A program made the position numbers and the translations under genes. DNA of 63,728 nucleotides, the filler included. It is 8 parts of 8 records of this genome, joined end to end, with 100 filler letters (N's around TTAATTAATTAA, not from the genome) between each part and the next. Parts side by side here need not be neighbours in the genome. Positions count along the whole stretch, not along the records: positions 50,557 to 58,972 come from SRR7504441_11668; positions 59,073 to 63,728 come from SRR7504441_11683; 6 more parts are not named here. One strand, 5' to 3'. Below the pieces are notes generated by a model. It did no database searches, was not told where the DNA came from, and saw only the letters and a program-made list of their open reading frames with translations. Numbering within the stretch: position 1 is the stretch's first letter; each line of letters opens with the position of its first letter. This document shows, piece after piece, positions 50,822 through 61,869 of the stretch.

Positions 50822-51863
50822 ATGGGAGCCACCTTATGCTCGGCCAGCGAGGAGGTCAAGGACAACCCGTCGGCGGCCGGCCGGTTCGCGGACCCGTGGT
50901 GGCGCCAATTCGACCAGCCGACCGCCGGCTACCGCGATTCTTCGGGCTTCGTGAACCGGTTGCCGCTTCGGCTGGAGTCTAAGGAGCTGATCCTGTGGGG
51001 GTTGGTGGACGCGGGCAAAATGTGGCGGGAGTTCGAGGGGGAGCAGTTCCAGCCGATCCTGCTCGACGGCAAGGCGGTGGTCACTGTCTGGTTCAACAAC
51101 TTCACCGACACCGATTGTGGCGGCGGTGCGGCCTCCCCCATAGCGGTGGAACTGACTGCGGCCGGCAGCTTACCTCGAGACCTGGTACAACACGTTTGTC
51201 ACAAAGAGCAGCGGCCCGCAGCTCAACCTGGAGATGTCCGAGGCCGGGCCGGCCGCCGTGGCCGCCCACCCGGACGCCCAGAGCTTCCTGCTCCGAGTGC
51301 TCTGCGGGGATGCCCCGGGCAACCCGGGGGCGGCTCTGAAGGCGATCACTGGGGGGCGGGAGATGTTCGGATTCCCCAAGCACCCGGTGCCGGCCGAGAT
51401 CTCGCTCGAGTATAAGGAGCCCGGGCTTGTATTCGAATGCTCGCACCTGGGCCAGCTGGCAGTCAAGTTGAGCTGCGTGCTTCCTGAGGCCGTCGAGGCC
51501 GCCGCAACGATTCAGGTGGATCTGCCCGAGTCGGCCCCGGACGCGCAGATCGGCGGGCCGGTGCACGGCGGCACCCACAAGGGCCACAACGGCGCGCTGC
51601 AGAGTTTTTACAAGACTTCAGTCAAGTGCAGCCAGACACTGGCGCCGTGGTGCGCCGAAACGGACAAACTCGAGCTGGGTCAAGCCGAGCACTACCGGCC
51701 GCTCAGCCGTTGGGATTTCGTCCCGGTGCTCAAGGCGCAGTCGAGCGACTTTAAGATCTGCGCGCACAAGCCTTCTGGCTGGATCAGCGGTAAGGAGGCG
51801 GGCGAGGCAGTCCAGGGCCACGAGAGCAGGCTCGTGAGCGGAGAGATGGCCGGAGCGCTGTAA
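50822..51863 (+). CDS. Acetoacetate-decarboxylase-like fold protein
   Basis: GGREMFGFPKHP matches the ADC-family GRExxGxPK motif; one 43-nt intron restores DCGGAYLETWY. Confidence 0.65.
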
Positions 51864-52015
51864 GCCGGCTCAACGCGCATTTCATTTGTGTGCGGACCAA
51901 TGGAGCGCCGCCCTAGGCCTTGGTGCATATTAGGATGCCGTATACGAGTATCACTAAACAACTGTCGAGTACGTACTCGTATAACATTAGCGCATGTGAT
52001 CAGACCGATTTATTT

Positions 52016-52654
52016 TCACGATTGCGTCACGGCCACCGTTACGACCAGTGCGACCACCATGAGAATTGCACACAGCCCACAGCACGGATTGAGCACCCAG
52101 AACCGGCCGGGGCAGCCCCGGGGCACGATCCACTTGTGACAGAGCCTGAACCCGCTGCCCAGGTTGTGCTGGAACCCTAGTTTGGCTTCGTACCACCCGC
52201 GCAGTCGCTCCGACAACGGGTCGCCCGCGGTGTAGTTGTACTCAATCTGTATAGCCACACACCCCGCACTGGCCAGACGCTGCTCTGCCGCCGCAACCAG
52301 CGCCGAGGCCACTCCGCTGCCCTGCGCCGCCCGGTCCACCACGAGCATCCCCCAATGCCCGCAGCCACAGAGCGTCCAGGGCGGCTGCACTGTTGACGAG
52401 CAGCAGCCCACCAGCACCCCCTCCCGCCAGCCCAGGTGCAGCACCCGGTTAGGGCAGCCCGAGTCACCCGCGGTGATCCGGCTGCGCACGGCCTCGAATC
52501 CGATCCGGCGGTGGCCGTACGCCGTGTTGATCATCTCTAGCAGCCGCCGGGCCAGCTGGGGCTCGGCCAGCAGCGCTTGGCTGTCAGCGACACTCACAGT
52601 CACTGCTGGCTCGTCCGCCGCCGTCGCCAGCCCCTCCTTCTCGCCGCCCGACAT
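52016..52654 (-). CDS. GNAT acetyltransferase with a C-terminal hydrophobic anchor
   Basis: WGMLVVDRAAQGSGVASALV (acetyl-CoA motif A), WYEAKLGF, tail CCGLCAILMVVALVVTVAV; intronless. Confidence 0.85.
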   Translation of the reverse strand: MSGGEKEGLATAADEPAVTVSVADSQALLAEPQLARRLLEMINTAYGHRRIGFEAVRSRITAGDSGCPNRVLHLGWREGVLVGCCSSTVQPPWTLCGCGHWGMLVVDRAAQGSGVASALVAAAEQRLASAGCVAIQIEYNYTAGDPLSERLRGWYEAKLGFQHNLGSGFRLCHKWIVPRGCPGRFWVLNPCCGLCAILMVVALVVTVAVTQS

Positions 52655-52725
52655 CGGGGTCTTGGTGCGCCAACGGAAGAAGATCAGCTGCAGCCCTTCG
52701 CCCAGTTTGCCTCGAGAACTGCGGC

Positions 52726-53893
52726 ATGATGAAGGAACTTGTTGCGTGGCTCGGCGGCAACCTCCTCAGACTGGTGGCCGTGGCGTGGTGCGTCTCGCGG
52801 GCCGCCGGCACCTGCACCTGCGACACGGCCGCCCAGCCCGACTGCACCGGCCTCACCGACCTGTACCTGGCCACAGGTGCCAGCTGCGGGGGGTGGGGGC
52901 GTCTGACGGGGTGCAGGGGGCGCTGGCTGGACGAGCAACGCTGGCTGGTGTGACGGCGCCGACTACTGTGCCTGGGATGGGGTCACGTGCACCGGTACGT
53001 CCATCGTGGGGCTGGACAGGAGCAGCAACGGCCTGACTGGGAGCCTCCCCGACGGCCTGGGCGCGCTCGTCACGCTGACCTCGCTCAGCCTGTCGTCCAA
53101 CTCGATCTCGGGGTCCGTCCCAGCTGCGCAGCTGGCCGGGCTCACGCGGCTAGTCAATTTGATAATGCATGAGAACTCTCTCACTGGCACGCTGAAAGAG
53201 TCCCTTCTAGCACTGACAGCGCTGAACGAGCTGTGCCTCATCACGAACTCACTGTCGGGAACGCTTCCGAGCGGACTCACTTCCCTCTCTCGGCTTCAGG
53301 CCTTGTACTTTGGTAGTAATAGGTTCAGCGGCACAATCCCAGCTACGTATGAAGCGCTCACTGCAGTCACAGCGGCTTGTCTCCACTCAACTGACATCTC
53401 CGGAACCGTTCCTGCATCTCTCTCGTCGCTAACTCGTCTGGGCGCCCTCATTATGCACGGTCGTTATGAACGCCACGGTCGATTCAGCGGCACGCTCTCA
53501 GAGGCATTTGGGGCCTGGACAAGCATGGAAACTTTGACTATTAACAACAATAAGGGCCTGGTCAGCGTTTTGTATTTCAAATGGCAACTAGGCGACCAAA
53601 ATGCGGCAAGTGATCAAGCTCTTACCGATGCGATGGAAACGTGTGACACACATGAAGATACTGCGATGGAAACGTGTGACACAAATGAAGATACCGACTT
53701 CACCGCCCCTGATGGGGAACACACACAGCAACGTAATGGTTCAGATAGCTATAGTACAGACTGCATGGAGCTCGAGGATGTTTTTGCAGAACTTGAAGTG
53801 CTCCCGAGATTGGTTCCGAGGCGAGGTTCGTTCCGAGGCGGGGTGGAGGCGCCTGCGGCAGCTGAGGAGGCTCGTTGCACCTGCGGCAGCTGA
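52726..53893 (+). CDS. Secreted or membrane plant-type LRR protein; C-terminus uncertain
   Basis: Signal peptide, LRRNT cap (LYLATGG..W...CAWDGVTC), about seven LxxLxLxxNxLSGxIP repeats; one 40-nt intron. Confidence 0.75.
53629..53694. repeat. 33-bp tandem duplication with one mismatch
   Basis: tgcgatggaaacgtgtgacaca(c/a)atgaagatac x2. Confidence 0.9.
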
Positions 53894-54283
53894 GGACGCT
53901 TCGCAAGAGTTTGAGCCCATACTCCAGTTGTTTGTGTTGCTCTTTCTCCTTCCTGGCCTTCACTGCCTCTACCTGAAGGTATATTATATTGAAATGCGCA
54001 CCACAGAAGAATCAACCTGCTCGTTTAGTTAGAGCCATGTAGAGGTCGCTCTGACGCAAAAAAAGTTGGTTCGGAACCCGTCAGCAATGCGGAAGCAAAG
54101 AGGGCAACGACGAGATGAGGTTATCTACGGATGATTGTTGAATGTCGGATTCAGAAGATCTAGAGGACTTCGGTGTACATACTTGTCTGTGAGTATTTTA
54201 AAGCTGTAATTTATCATGCTCGTCGCATCTCATCTAGGCCGGTACTAGGCCGGGACTCTAATGCTGTTGAACACTGTGACAAT

Positions 54284-55398
54284 CTAATTTATACTTGTAT
54301 CCCCTAGATTTGTGTCTGCAACAATCGCAACAATCTTGTCGGCACACATTTTTATGAACCGCTGAGCATAATCTTGTGGGTTGATCGCAGACGAGCTCTT
54401 TGCAAACAACGCACTGGCAAAGCCCTGAGCAATCTTTGATGGGCTAAACTCAGTAGCGGTGTCAATGATACTTAGATAGCACTCGAATCCCGCGCCCGAC
54501 CGGACGACACAATGCCCGCAGCGCCACTCAATTGACTTTGTTTCGCCACCCTCAATTGACACATTGCCACCCTCAACTGACTTGGTTTCGCTATACGTCG
54601 GCAGGATGCCAACCAATAAAGAGTAGTCCATCACGCCGGGGTAGCCAGGATGGCGCGTGTCCATCGCCTGCAGCCGGGCCACATCCCTTTGAAGCGCCTC
54701 CTGCCGCACCAGTCACACGCGCACGCTGCGCAGCTTACCAGCACTGCTCTCTGAGCTTGCTCAGGCAGATCGATCGCCAGATCCTCCGCCTCCACGTCCT
54801 TGAGTGGAGTGGACGGGGTCCGTTTCAAAGGCGGGACCGAGCGACCCGCCGTGTGCCCTTTCAGGTCGAAAACATGCGGGCGTTCCGCCCGGTCGGAACG
54901 CAGTCCGTTGGTGAGCAGTGCGAGGTGCGCGGCTCGCTCGCCACACCGCACGGTCACCAGCGCCAGCTGTTGCATCAGCAGCGTCCTGCCCCGACTGGCC
55001 TCCAGGTGCTCGATCGCCCCCGCCAGGTTTCGGTCCCATACCGCAGCCTCGGAGCTCCCGACCTCCTTAATCAGCGCCAAAGCTGACCCGTCAGACACCC
55101 CTCCGAATCGCCCGAACAGGCAACGGCTCCGGCCCTTTGATGGCTTGGCGACCAGCCCCGCCTGCAGCTGTGCTCGCAGCGCCTCCGTGTCCACAGCCAG
55201 CTGCTGCCGGATCCAGGCCCGTCCGAGGGCCCCGCGCTCGTCCACCTCGCAGCCGCCCGAGGGCAGGCTGTGGGTCACGGCGGCGGCAAGCTCTGCTGGA
55301 TCTGGCGGGCCGGACAGCGCGGGCCGCTCCAGCAGCAGGAGCATCGCCTCCCGCGCCGGGGCCAGCCACCACACCGCCTCGGCCTGCGAAGATTCCAT
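54284..55398 (-). CDS. Divergent phosphatidylinositol-phosphate kinase (PIP5K family)
   Basis: GRSRCLF, LIKEV, FDLKG, LKD, MDYSLLVGI, SIID, SAINPQDYAQRF; one intron. Confidence 0.85.
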
Positions 55399-55419
55399 CG
55401 CAGCCTCCACTCCAACGGC

Positions 55420-57759
55420 ATGGGGCGGCTGTGGCTGCTCGGGCTGGTCGCGGCGTGTCACGGGGCCCCGGCTGACGTGGTCTGGACCACGCCCACCGCG
55501 CGCGGCATCCAGGGCAACTACGGCTCGATGCCAGTGGGCAACGGCCGGCAGGGCGCCAATGTGTACGCCGAGGAGAGTGGAGCCATCACGATCACCCTCT
55601 CGCACGTGGACGCGCTGGATGAGAACGCGATCCTCTCCAAGGTCGGGCGGCTGGTGCTCACGCCCCGGGCAGCCCAGGGTCTGCAGTTCGAGTCGATTTC
55701 GTACCATAATCAAAACGTGACTGTCATTGCAAAGTTGGGCGCCGTCACCGCCCGAATCTGGATTGACGCCGACAGGCCCGTGCTCCGAGCGGAGACGTGT
55801 GGCGCCGAGCACACCGTCCAGCTGCGGCAGGTGCTGTGGCGGAATGGGAGCAGCGCTGGGCCGAACGAGCACGGCACTTACTGCAACGCGTCTGCCGTGA
55901 TCATCCACCCGGATACTTTGGCCAACGTGGGTGACAACTCGTCTCTGGCGTGGTACCACTGGAACGACCCGCGATGGACCGGCTCGTTCGAACGGGATCT
56001 GGTGGCACAGGGAATGCCCAAATCGGCCAAGGCCCTGCCGGCAAATCCGATGGCCAATTTGACATTTGGCGGTGTGGCGACACTGAGCCGACCCGCTCGC
56101 CGGATTGACCCAGTCACTCTGGTAACGAGTGAGGCCAGTAGCTGCAACACTCTGAGCGTGGCTGTCGATGTCCAGTACAGCACTAGAGAAGGCACGGAGC
56201 ACTTCTTGGCAGAGCTCAAAGCGCGGAGCAATCAGCCTGCCGACACCACCGCCCACAATCAAGTCTGGAATGACTTCTTCGCCGCCTCAGACATCACAGT
56301 CAACCCGAGTTCCCGCCCGAACGACACGGCCAGGGCCGCGCTGGCCGCGAATGTGACCTTCATGGATCGGCTGCAGCGGGCGATGCTCCACCTCAATAGT
56401 GGCGGTCGGGTCTCTGCAGTCAAATTCAACGACTTTGGCATCTTTTCGGTCGGGGACGAAAACCCCGATGGGCGGGTCTGGGGCGCGTGCCAGTGGTTTC
56501 AAAACATTCGCCTGCCGTACTACCACATGCTGGCGTCCGGGAGCCCGGATGACATGAAGTCGCTATTTGAATTCTATAAACGCATCCTCCCGGTCTCGAT
56601 GGCCCGGGTGAGCGAATGGTACAACGAGTCGGGAGCTTTCTTCCCTGAGACGGCCACACAGGCAGGAGTTTACGCATCGGGCGGTCTGGGTTGGGGCTGC
56701 GTGCCAGCGGCGCCCCACCTCTCCTCGAACTCGTTCATACGGTATCACAGGGAGGGCGGGCTGGAGCTGAGCCTCATGGCACTTGATTGGTACGACCACA
56801 CGCAGGACGCCGCATACTTTGATGCCACACTGTTGCCGCAGATCAAAGCGTACGTTGCGTATTACGCCGAGCATTTCAACCCCGCCGGGGCTTTGGAGAT
56901 TTACCCTGCGCAGGCACTCGAAACCTGGCAGTGTCCGGATGTTCCAGCCAGCAAGGCCCAGTGTGTGACTAACCCGATGCCAGAGGTAGCGGGGCTGCAT
57001 GCAGTGCTCCCGCGTCTGCTCGCTCTCGACCTGAACACCTCGCTAGTTCCAGAGGCCACTGTAGCCTCTTGGAGGTCGCTGCTGGCCAGACTGCCACCAT
57101 TACCATCCACACCGGGAGATGGCAGTGTGCCTGCTGTGCTGACGGCCGGATCCATGCTGCCACCCAAGACATCGAATGCTGAGAATGCGGAGCTCTATGT
57201 AAGCAGCCTGTCTAGCTTAGCTGTCGGCTTGATTTGGTGTGTTGTCCAGGCGGTGCATCCGTATCGAATGATCGGCATCCGTGCAAACACGACACTTGGG
57301 ATCGCCACTTATCGTGCGAGGAGGTTCCATGGGGACACGGGCTGGTCTCAGGACTTCATGGACGCTGCATTACTCGGGCTCGGCAACGAGGCGGCCGATC
57401 TGGCGGCGTCGCGCTCCATTCGTGCTCCTTACTCAGCAGTGCGGTTTCCTGCTTTTCAAGACGGCATAGGGGCTGGTGGTGCAATCACGGATCACCCTGG
57501 GGTCACCACCGCGGGTCTTCGGTATATGCTGGTCCAGAGCCGGATTGCGGGCTTAGACGAGAACGCCGTCATAGTATTGCCTGCGTGGCCATGCGAGGAT
57601 TGGGCCGTGAGCTTCAAGTTGCATGCACCTCAAGCTACTGTCATAGAAGGCAACTACGACGGTAACGGGACACTCTCCCTCTTCAAGGTAACTCCAGAGG
57701 CGAGGAGGAAGGACATGAGTTTCGGAAGCTGCATAAAGAGGGTGGTGACCGCTAGGTGA
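55420..57759 (+). CDS. Secreted GH95-like/DUF5703 glycoside hydrolase
   Basis: Signal peptide, SMPVGNG, WFQNIRLPY, GAFFPET, PAQALETW, ENAELY|AVHPYR (51-nt in-frame intron 57199-57249), GWSQD, LPAWP..W.VSFKLHAP. Confidence 0.75.
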   Translation: MGRLWLLGLVAACHGAPADVVWTTPTARGIQGNYGSMPVGNGRQGANVYAEESGAITITLSHVDALDENAILSKVGRLVLTPRAAQGLQFESISYHNQNVTVIAKLGAVTARIWIDADRPVLRAETCGAEHTVQLRQVLWRNGSSAGPNEHGTYCNASAVIIHPDTLANVGDNSSLAWYHWNDPRWTGSFERDLVAQGMPKSAKALPANPMANLTFGGVATLSRPARRIDPVTLVTSEASSCNTLSVAVDVQYSTREGTEHFLAELKARSNQPADTTAHNQVWNDFFAASDITVNPSSRPNDTARAALAANVTFMDRLQRAMLHLNSGGRVSAVKFNDFGIFSVGDENPDGRVWGACQWFQNIRLPYYHMLASGSPDDMKSLFEFYKRILPVSMARVSEWYNESGAFFPETATQAGVYASGGLGWGCVPAAPHLSSNSFIRYHREGGLELSLMALDWYDHTQDAAYFDATLLPQIKAYVAYYAEHFNPAGALEIYPAQALETWQCPDVPASKAQCVTNPMPEVAGLHAVLPRLLALDLNTSLVPEATVASWRSLLARLPPLPSTPGDGSVPAVLTAGSMLPPKTSNAENAELYVSSLSSLAVGLIWCVVQAVHPYRMIGIRANTTLGIATYRARRFHGDTGWSQDFMDAALLGLGNEAADLAASRSIRAPYSAVRFPAFQDGIGAGGAITDHPGVTTAGLRYMLVQSRIAGLDENAVIVLPAWPCEDWAVSFKLHAPQATVIEGNYDGNGTLSLFKVTPEARRKDMSFGSCIKRVVTAR

Positions 57760-58056
57760 CTGCGTGATTACACGTTAATTACACGTACACTACAAGGACT
57801 AGTGAATTGATTGTACGTGAATGTAACGTGAATAACAACATAGTTACAGTAAACATGATGGCAAATTAGAACTTAAAACAATTGCGTCATTACATGTATT
57901 AGATCTATACTCGTACTCCTAAAGCGTGTATTAACAATTGCAGAGAAGACATGAATGTAGCCATTGTATCAAAAGGCCCTGGCTAGCTCCTTCGCTTGGC
58001 TAGCTGCCTGCGGGTAGATGAGGAGCTAGGCTAACTCGAAAACCAAGCTGGCTCCT

Positions 58057-58972
58057 TTAAGCTCCCTTAGCTTGGTTTTCGAGTTCGCCTAGCTCCTCAT
58101 CTGCCCGCAGGCACAGATTGCGCGGACACAGGCTCGTGGAACCCGCACCGTCGCGATCGTCTTGCGTGAACACGAACCCAGCTGCCGGCCCTCTGACTGG
58201 TTGGATGTTCACTGGCTTGCCAAGGTGCTTCCCGTCGGTCTCAGTGTAGAGAGGTACACTCTCGTCAATCACTCCGAGATCCTCCACGAGCCTGAGGCAC
58301 TCCAGCAATCGGTAATTCAGCACCTTGGCCGCGTCCTGCACTACCGACCACACGAGTGTGTATGCCCACACAAACCCAATTGCTTGCCAGCTGATGCTCT
58401 CCATCCCCGCCCCAAACGGCCAGAAGGCCGAGAAGAGAGTGGCTGCGACCACGGCCACCAGCGCAGCAAATACGACAGCCAATGACGGGGCCCTGGTCCA
58501 GCACCACGACTTGGTGCGCGAGTTGAACACGGAGCCGTAGTCGGAAAGAGAAATCTTGAGGTACATAAGTGTCTGGATCTCGCCATAACTCATCGCGTCG
58601 AGCCCAAAGGCACACAGCCCTCCGTCACCGTCAGCGCCGTCGAGTGCTAGCTGGAGCAGCACAATAGAGGACACTAAGGCCATCAGCCCTATGACTGACG
58701 ACGTCCAGTACAGAATCTTGAGATCCCATGACTGCGGCCTGAGCGAGGCCTCCACGTTGTCGTAAGCGACAGAGATGATTGTACCGTCATTCAGAATTGT
58801 GATCGTCACGAGCGCGAGCACAGGCAGCGCAAAGTAATTCGGCCAGTCGTTGCTGTTGGCCCCATCAGGCATGTAGTCCTTGGGGTCGTATGCAATGGTC
58901 GAGATCAAAAAGAAGAAGAGCAGCTGTTCGGTGCAGGCCACTCGGTAGATCACAAAGTTCTGCATCCGAGTG
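58057..58972 (-). CDS. P3A plasma-membrane H+-ATPase, C-terminal part (5' truncated)
   Basis: RMQNFVIYRVACT, ITILNDGTIISVAYDNV, YLKISLSD...FNSRT, QDAAK. Confidence 0.88.
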
Positions 58973-59072
58973 NNNNNNNNNNNNNNNNNNNNNNNNNNNN
59001 NNNNNNNNNNNNNNNNTTAATTAATTAANNNNNNNNNNNNNNNNNNNNNNNNNNNNNNNNNNNNNNNNNNNN
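58973..59072. other. Artificial contig spacer
   Basis: N run with TTAATTAATTAA. Confidence 0.98.
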
Positions 59073-59208
59073 TCAGTTCGGCAGATACGTATCTAGAGCT
59101 CAACTGAGATCTCCGCTTAGTCTAACAATAATAACAAATCACACATCACTATGCCGCGGGACTAGGAGAAATCACATTATTTGCGGTGTTGCGCCAATGA
59201 CCGGTTAA

Positions 59209-61832
59209 TCACTCCTTGAAAAACTGGTTGTCGATGCCCATCTCGGCCGCCATATTGACCTGCACACCCGCCTGAGCCCTCCATTTCGCCCGATTGGCAC
59301 CATCTTGTCCAGATCGTCTTTGGTCGGGAACTCGGGCAAATCGATCGTGTTTGTACACCTACGTTCCCACAGCTCACTGTCTGCGACCACAAGCACCGGC
59401 ACGTGTGTCCCATTGGCATCATCATCCCGCCGTCCCGCTTCCTGCCGTACTTGACTCGCTTAATCGTGAATAAGCCGTTCCGGTTGGCCAGCCCTCCAAA
59501 GCCTCCGAGCGGCAGCGACTGGGATCCTGTCACAAACTGCAGCAGCTTGGTCCGCTTGTCCGAAGTCATGGCCTCCACAGTCTGCCAATCCGTCAGCGGG
59601 ACATCGGCTCGGGCGCCAAACCTCCCAGAACCATCCAATCACCTTGTGGCTGGCTGAGTAGCTAGGCCCTGGCAATGGGTCTCCACCGGTCGTGTCCTTG
59701 TACTCGACATTGGCCTGCCCCCCGAACCTCGCCGACTCGCCCAAGGTCGGAGCCACCTTCCAGTCGGCGAGGTCCAGCTCCATCGAGCCACACAGCAGCA
59801 TCTCCAGCTCTTGCCACGAGAAGACGGAAACCTGCACCGGCCATTCTGAGCCAGAGTCGGTCGGCGCAAACACCAGGTGTGGATGGATCACTTCCCAGAA
59901 CCCGCGGAGCAGCATCTGTAGCTCGCGCTCGATCCGCCCACGCAGCGCGTACTGGAACGAGAGCTCAATGTAGTCCATCTTGTTGGCCTCAGTCACCTGC
60001 CAACCGCTGGCTGGCCGCACCAGGACCGAGCGCGAGTCGCCTCGATCGAGGCCCCGCCAGGCTTGAGTGGCTTTTCCTCGGTGTTGCCCTCGGCGTCGGT
60101 CTCCTCCACAGCAAAAACCTCGTAGAGGATGTCGGTGATGTCGTTGTCGCGCATGTACATGAGCTTGGCGTACTCTCCAGCGTCGATCTCCTCCAGATCC
60201 GCGAGCTTAAGCTCTTGCTGGAGCATGCTCTTGTAGATATTTGGAGTTAGATGCACCGGAAGTCGCTCCCCATCGAACAGCACCATTCCCATCAGCCGGC
60301 CAACAAAATGGAGCAGCTGCAGGTGGTTGCGCTGTTTGCCTCCAGAAGTCCGCATGGCTCGATGCCTGAACACTGCGGTCGGGTCTAGTTTGAAATAATC
60401 ATTATCTTCGTCGTATTCAAACAGCGACATTTCCTGGCTGGTGAAGATCTTCTTCTTGAGTAGCTCGATCCAGCCCTTAGTGATCCCTCCAGCGTCATCC
60501 TCGATCACCGTCTCGTTTAAAAACACAACCTAAGCCCGGCAACTCACCGCGCCAGCCCAAACCGGCTCGACCCACCTTCATAGGAGCGTGGAGCTGCTTC
60601 AAATCCTGAGGCCCGATAGCGTCGATTGAATCCTCGAGCACTGTTGCGCGATTGATAGAGATGTCCAGCCGGCCTTTGGTGTTAATTGACCTATCCAGCT
60701 GTGCCCTGAACCATTCGACTCGCTGGTCAAAGCTCAGTTGACGAATCCTTTCACTAGAGTCCGCATACTGCTCAAACCTGCCTCGCTGTCAGCCCCAGCG
60801 AGAGGCGGGACGGCCTTTTGTTCATCTCCAGGTCGTATTCACTGACAAAGTACGCCTTATCGTCATTCACCATGTACTTATGCGCGTGTCCAGTCACCTC
60901 CTCGATAGACATCTTAGTCACTTTCTCCTACGACTGGCCGGTCAGCCAGCGTAACAGAAATATGACCGAGATCTCTATACAGCAGGCCATCTACGCAACG
61001 GCTTGCGAGACCTTTGCTAGGCCCGGCAAGTCATCCACAATTGTTCCCTTGTTGATCGAGTGATCCTCCCACTCCGGCCCGAAAAATCGGGGCGAGATGT
61101 CCATTAAGAACATCCACTCCTGCGCCACGCAAGCTCAGCTCAATACAAAGCGTAGCCCTGCCTGCGAGCCTCCCATAGCCGGTACCGCGCGCACCGCTTG
61201 CCGACCACGGCCAATCAGCTGATCGTACCTGGCCCGGCTGCTCACACCCAGCCGGCCTGAGCACGCACAGCGCCGCGGTGTGCTTGGCCTCGATCGCTGC
61301 AACTGCCTTGACGCTCTTGTCGCCGGCTCGGCGGGGCTTCGTCAGGCTATTCTCATTGGTCGCCGTATTGCGCCAGTAAACCTGGCCCGCCCGCTCGGAC
61401 CCCGCCCGCCCCGGGGTCGGACGCCTTGCCGGTTCGGCGGTCCAGCTTTTCGACCCAGCTGTCCCCGGCCGGTCAGCTGGAGCCTGGCCGGGGCTCCAAC
61501 CCATCAGGCAACGCGTCCTCCTCCTCAGGCGGAGCGGCCGCTGGTGGGGGCGGGGCCGAGGGCGGGGCTGGGCGGTGTCCGTATTGTTGGACCAGGTGGG
61601 CCGGCGGCGGGCCGGGCGGCGGGGCGTGGGTAGACGGAGGGGCGTGCTGCGGGTAGTTGGGGTGGCGCGCATGCTGCTGCTGGAGAGCGGCGGTCGAGCC
61701 CACGATGGGATCCCCGGGCCGACGACCGGTGGGCGACGGGATGTCGTGCCCGGGCGGCAGCTCGTTGTCTTGGCTAGTACCACTGCCCCTCCATCTCAGC
61801 CAGCCTCTCCTGACAGCGGCTCACCAGCCCAT
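59209..61832 (-). CDS. HECT E3 ubiquitin ligase with a WW-like domain and N-terminal MGCGTS acylation motif
   Basis: Spliced MGCGTS; LPDGWVEKLDRRTGKVYWRN; DAGGITKGW; VTEANKMDYI; LLQFVTGS; PMGHTCTNTIDLP (catalytic Cys). Confidence 0.9.
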
Positions 61833-61869
61833 GATGATCCGTTGCCAGTGCAGTGCGATCTGCAGCCCG

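Noticed and set aside
54631-56262. 543-aa minus-strand ORF overlapping the GH95-like gene
   Set aside because: The part above 55398 is the antisense shadow of a GC-rich CDS; only the part below is PIP5K
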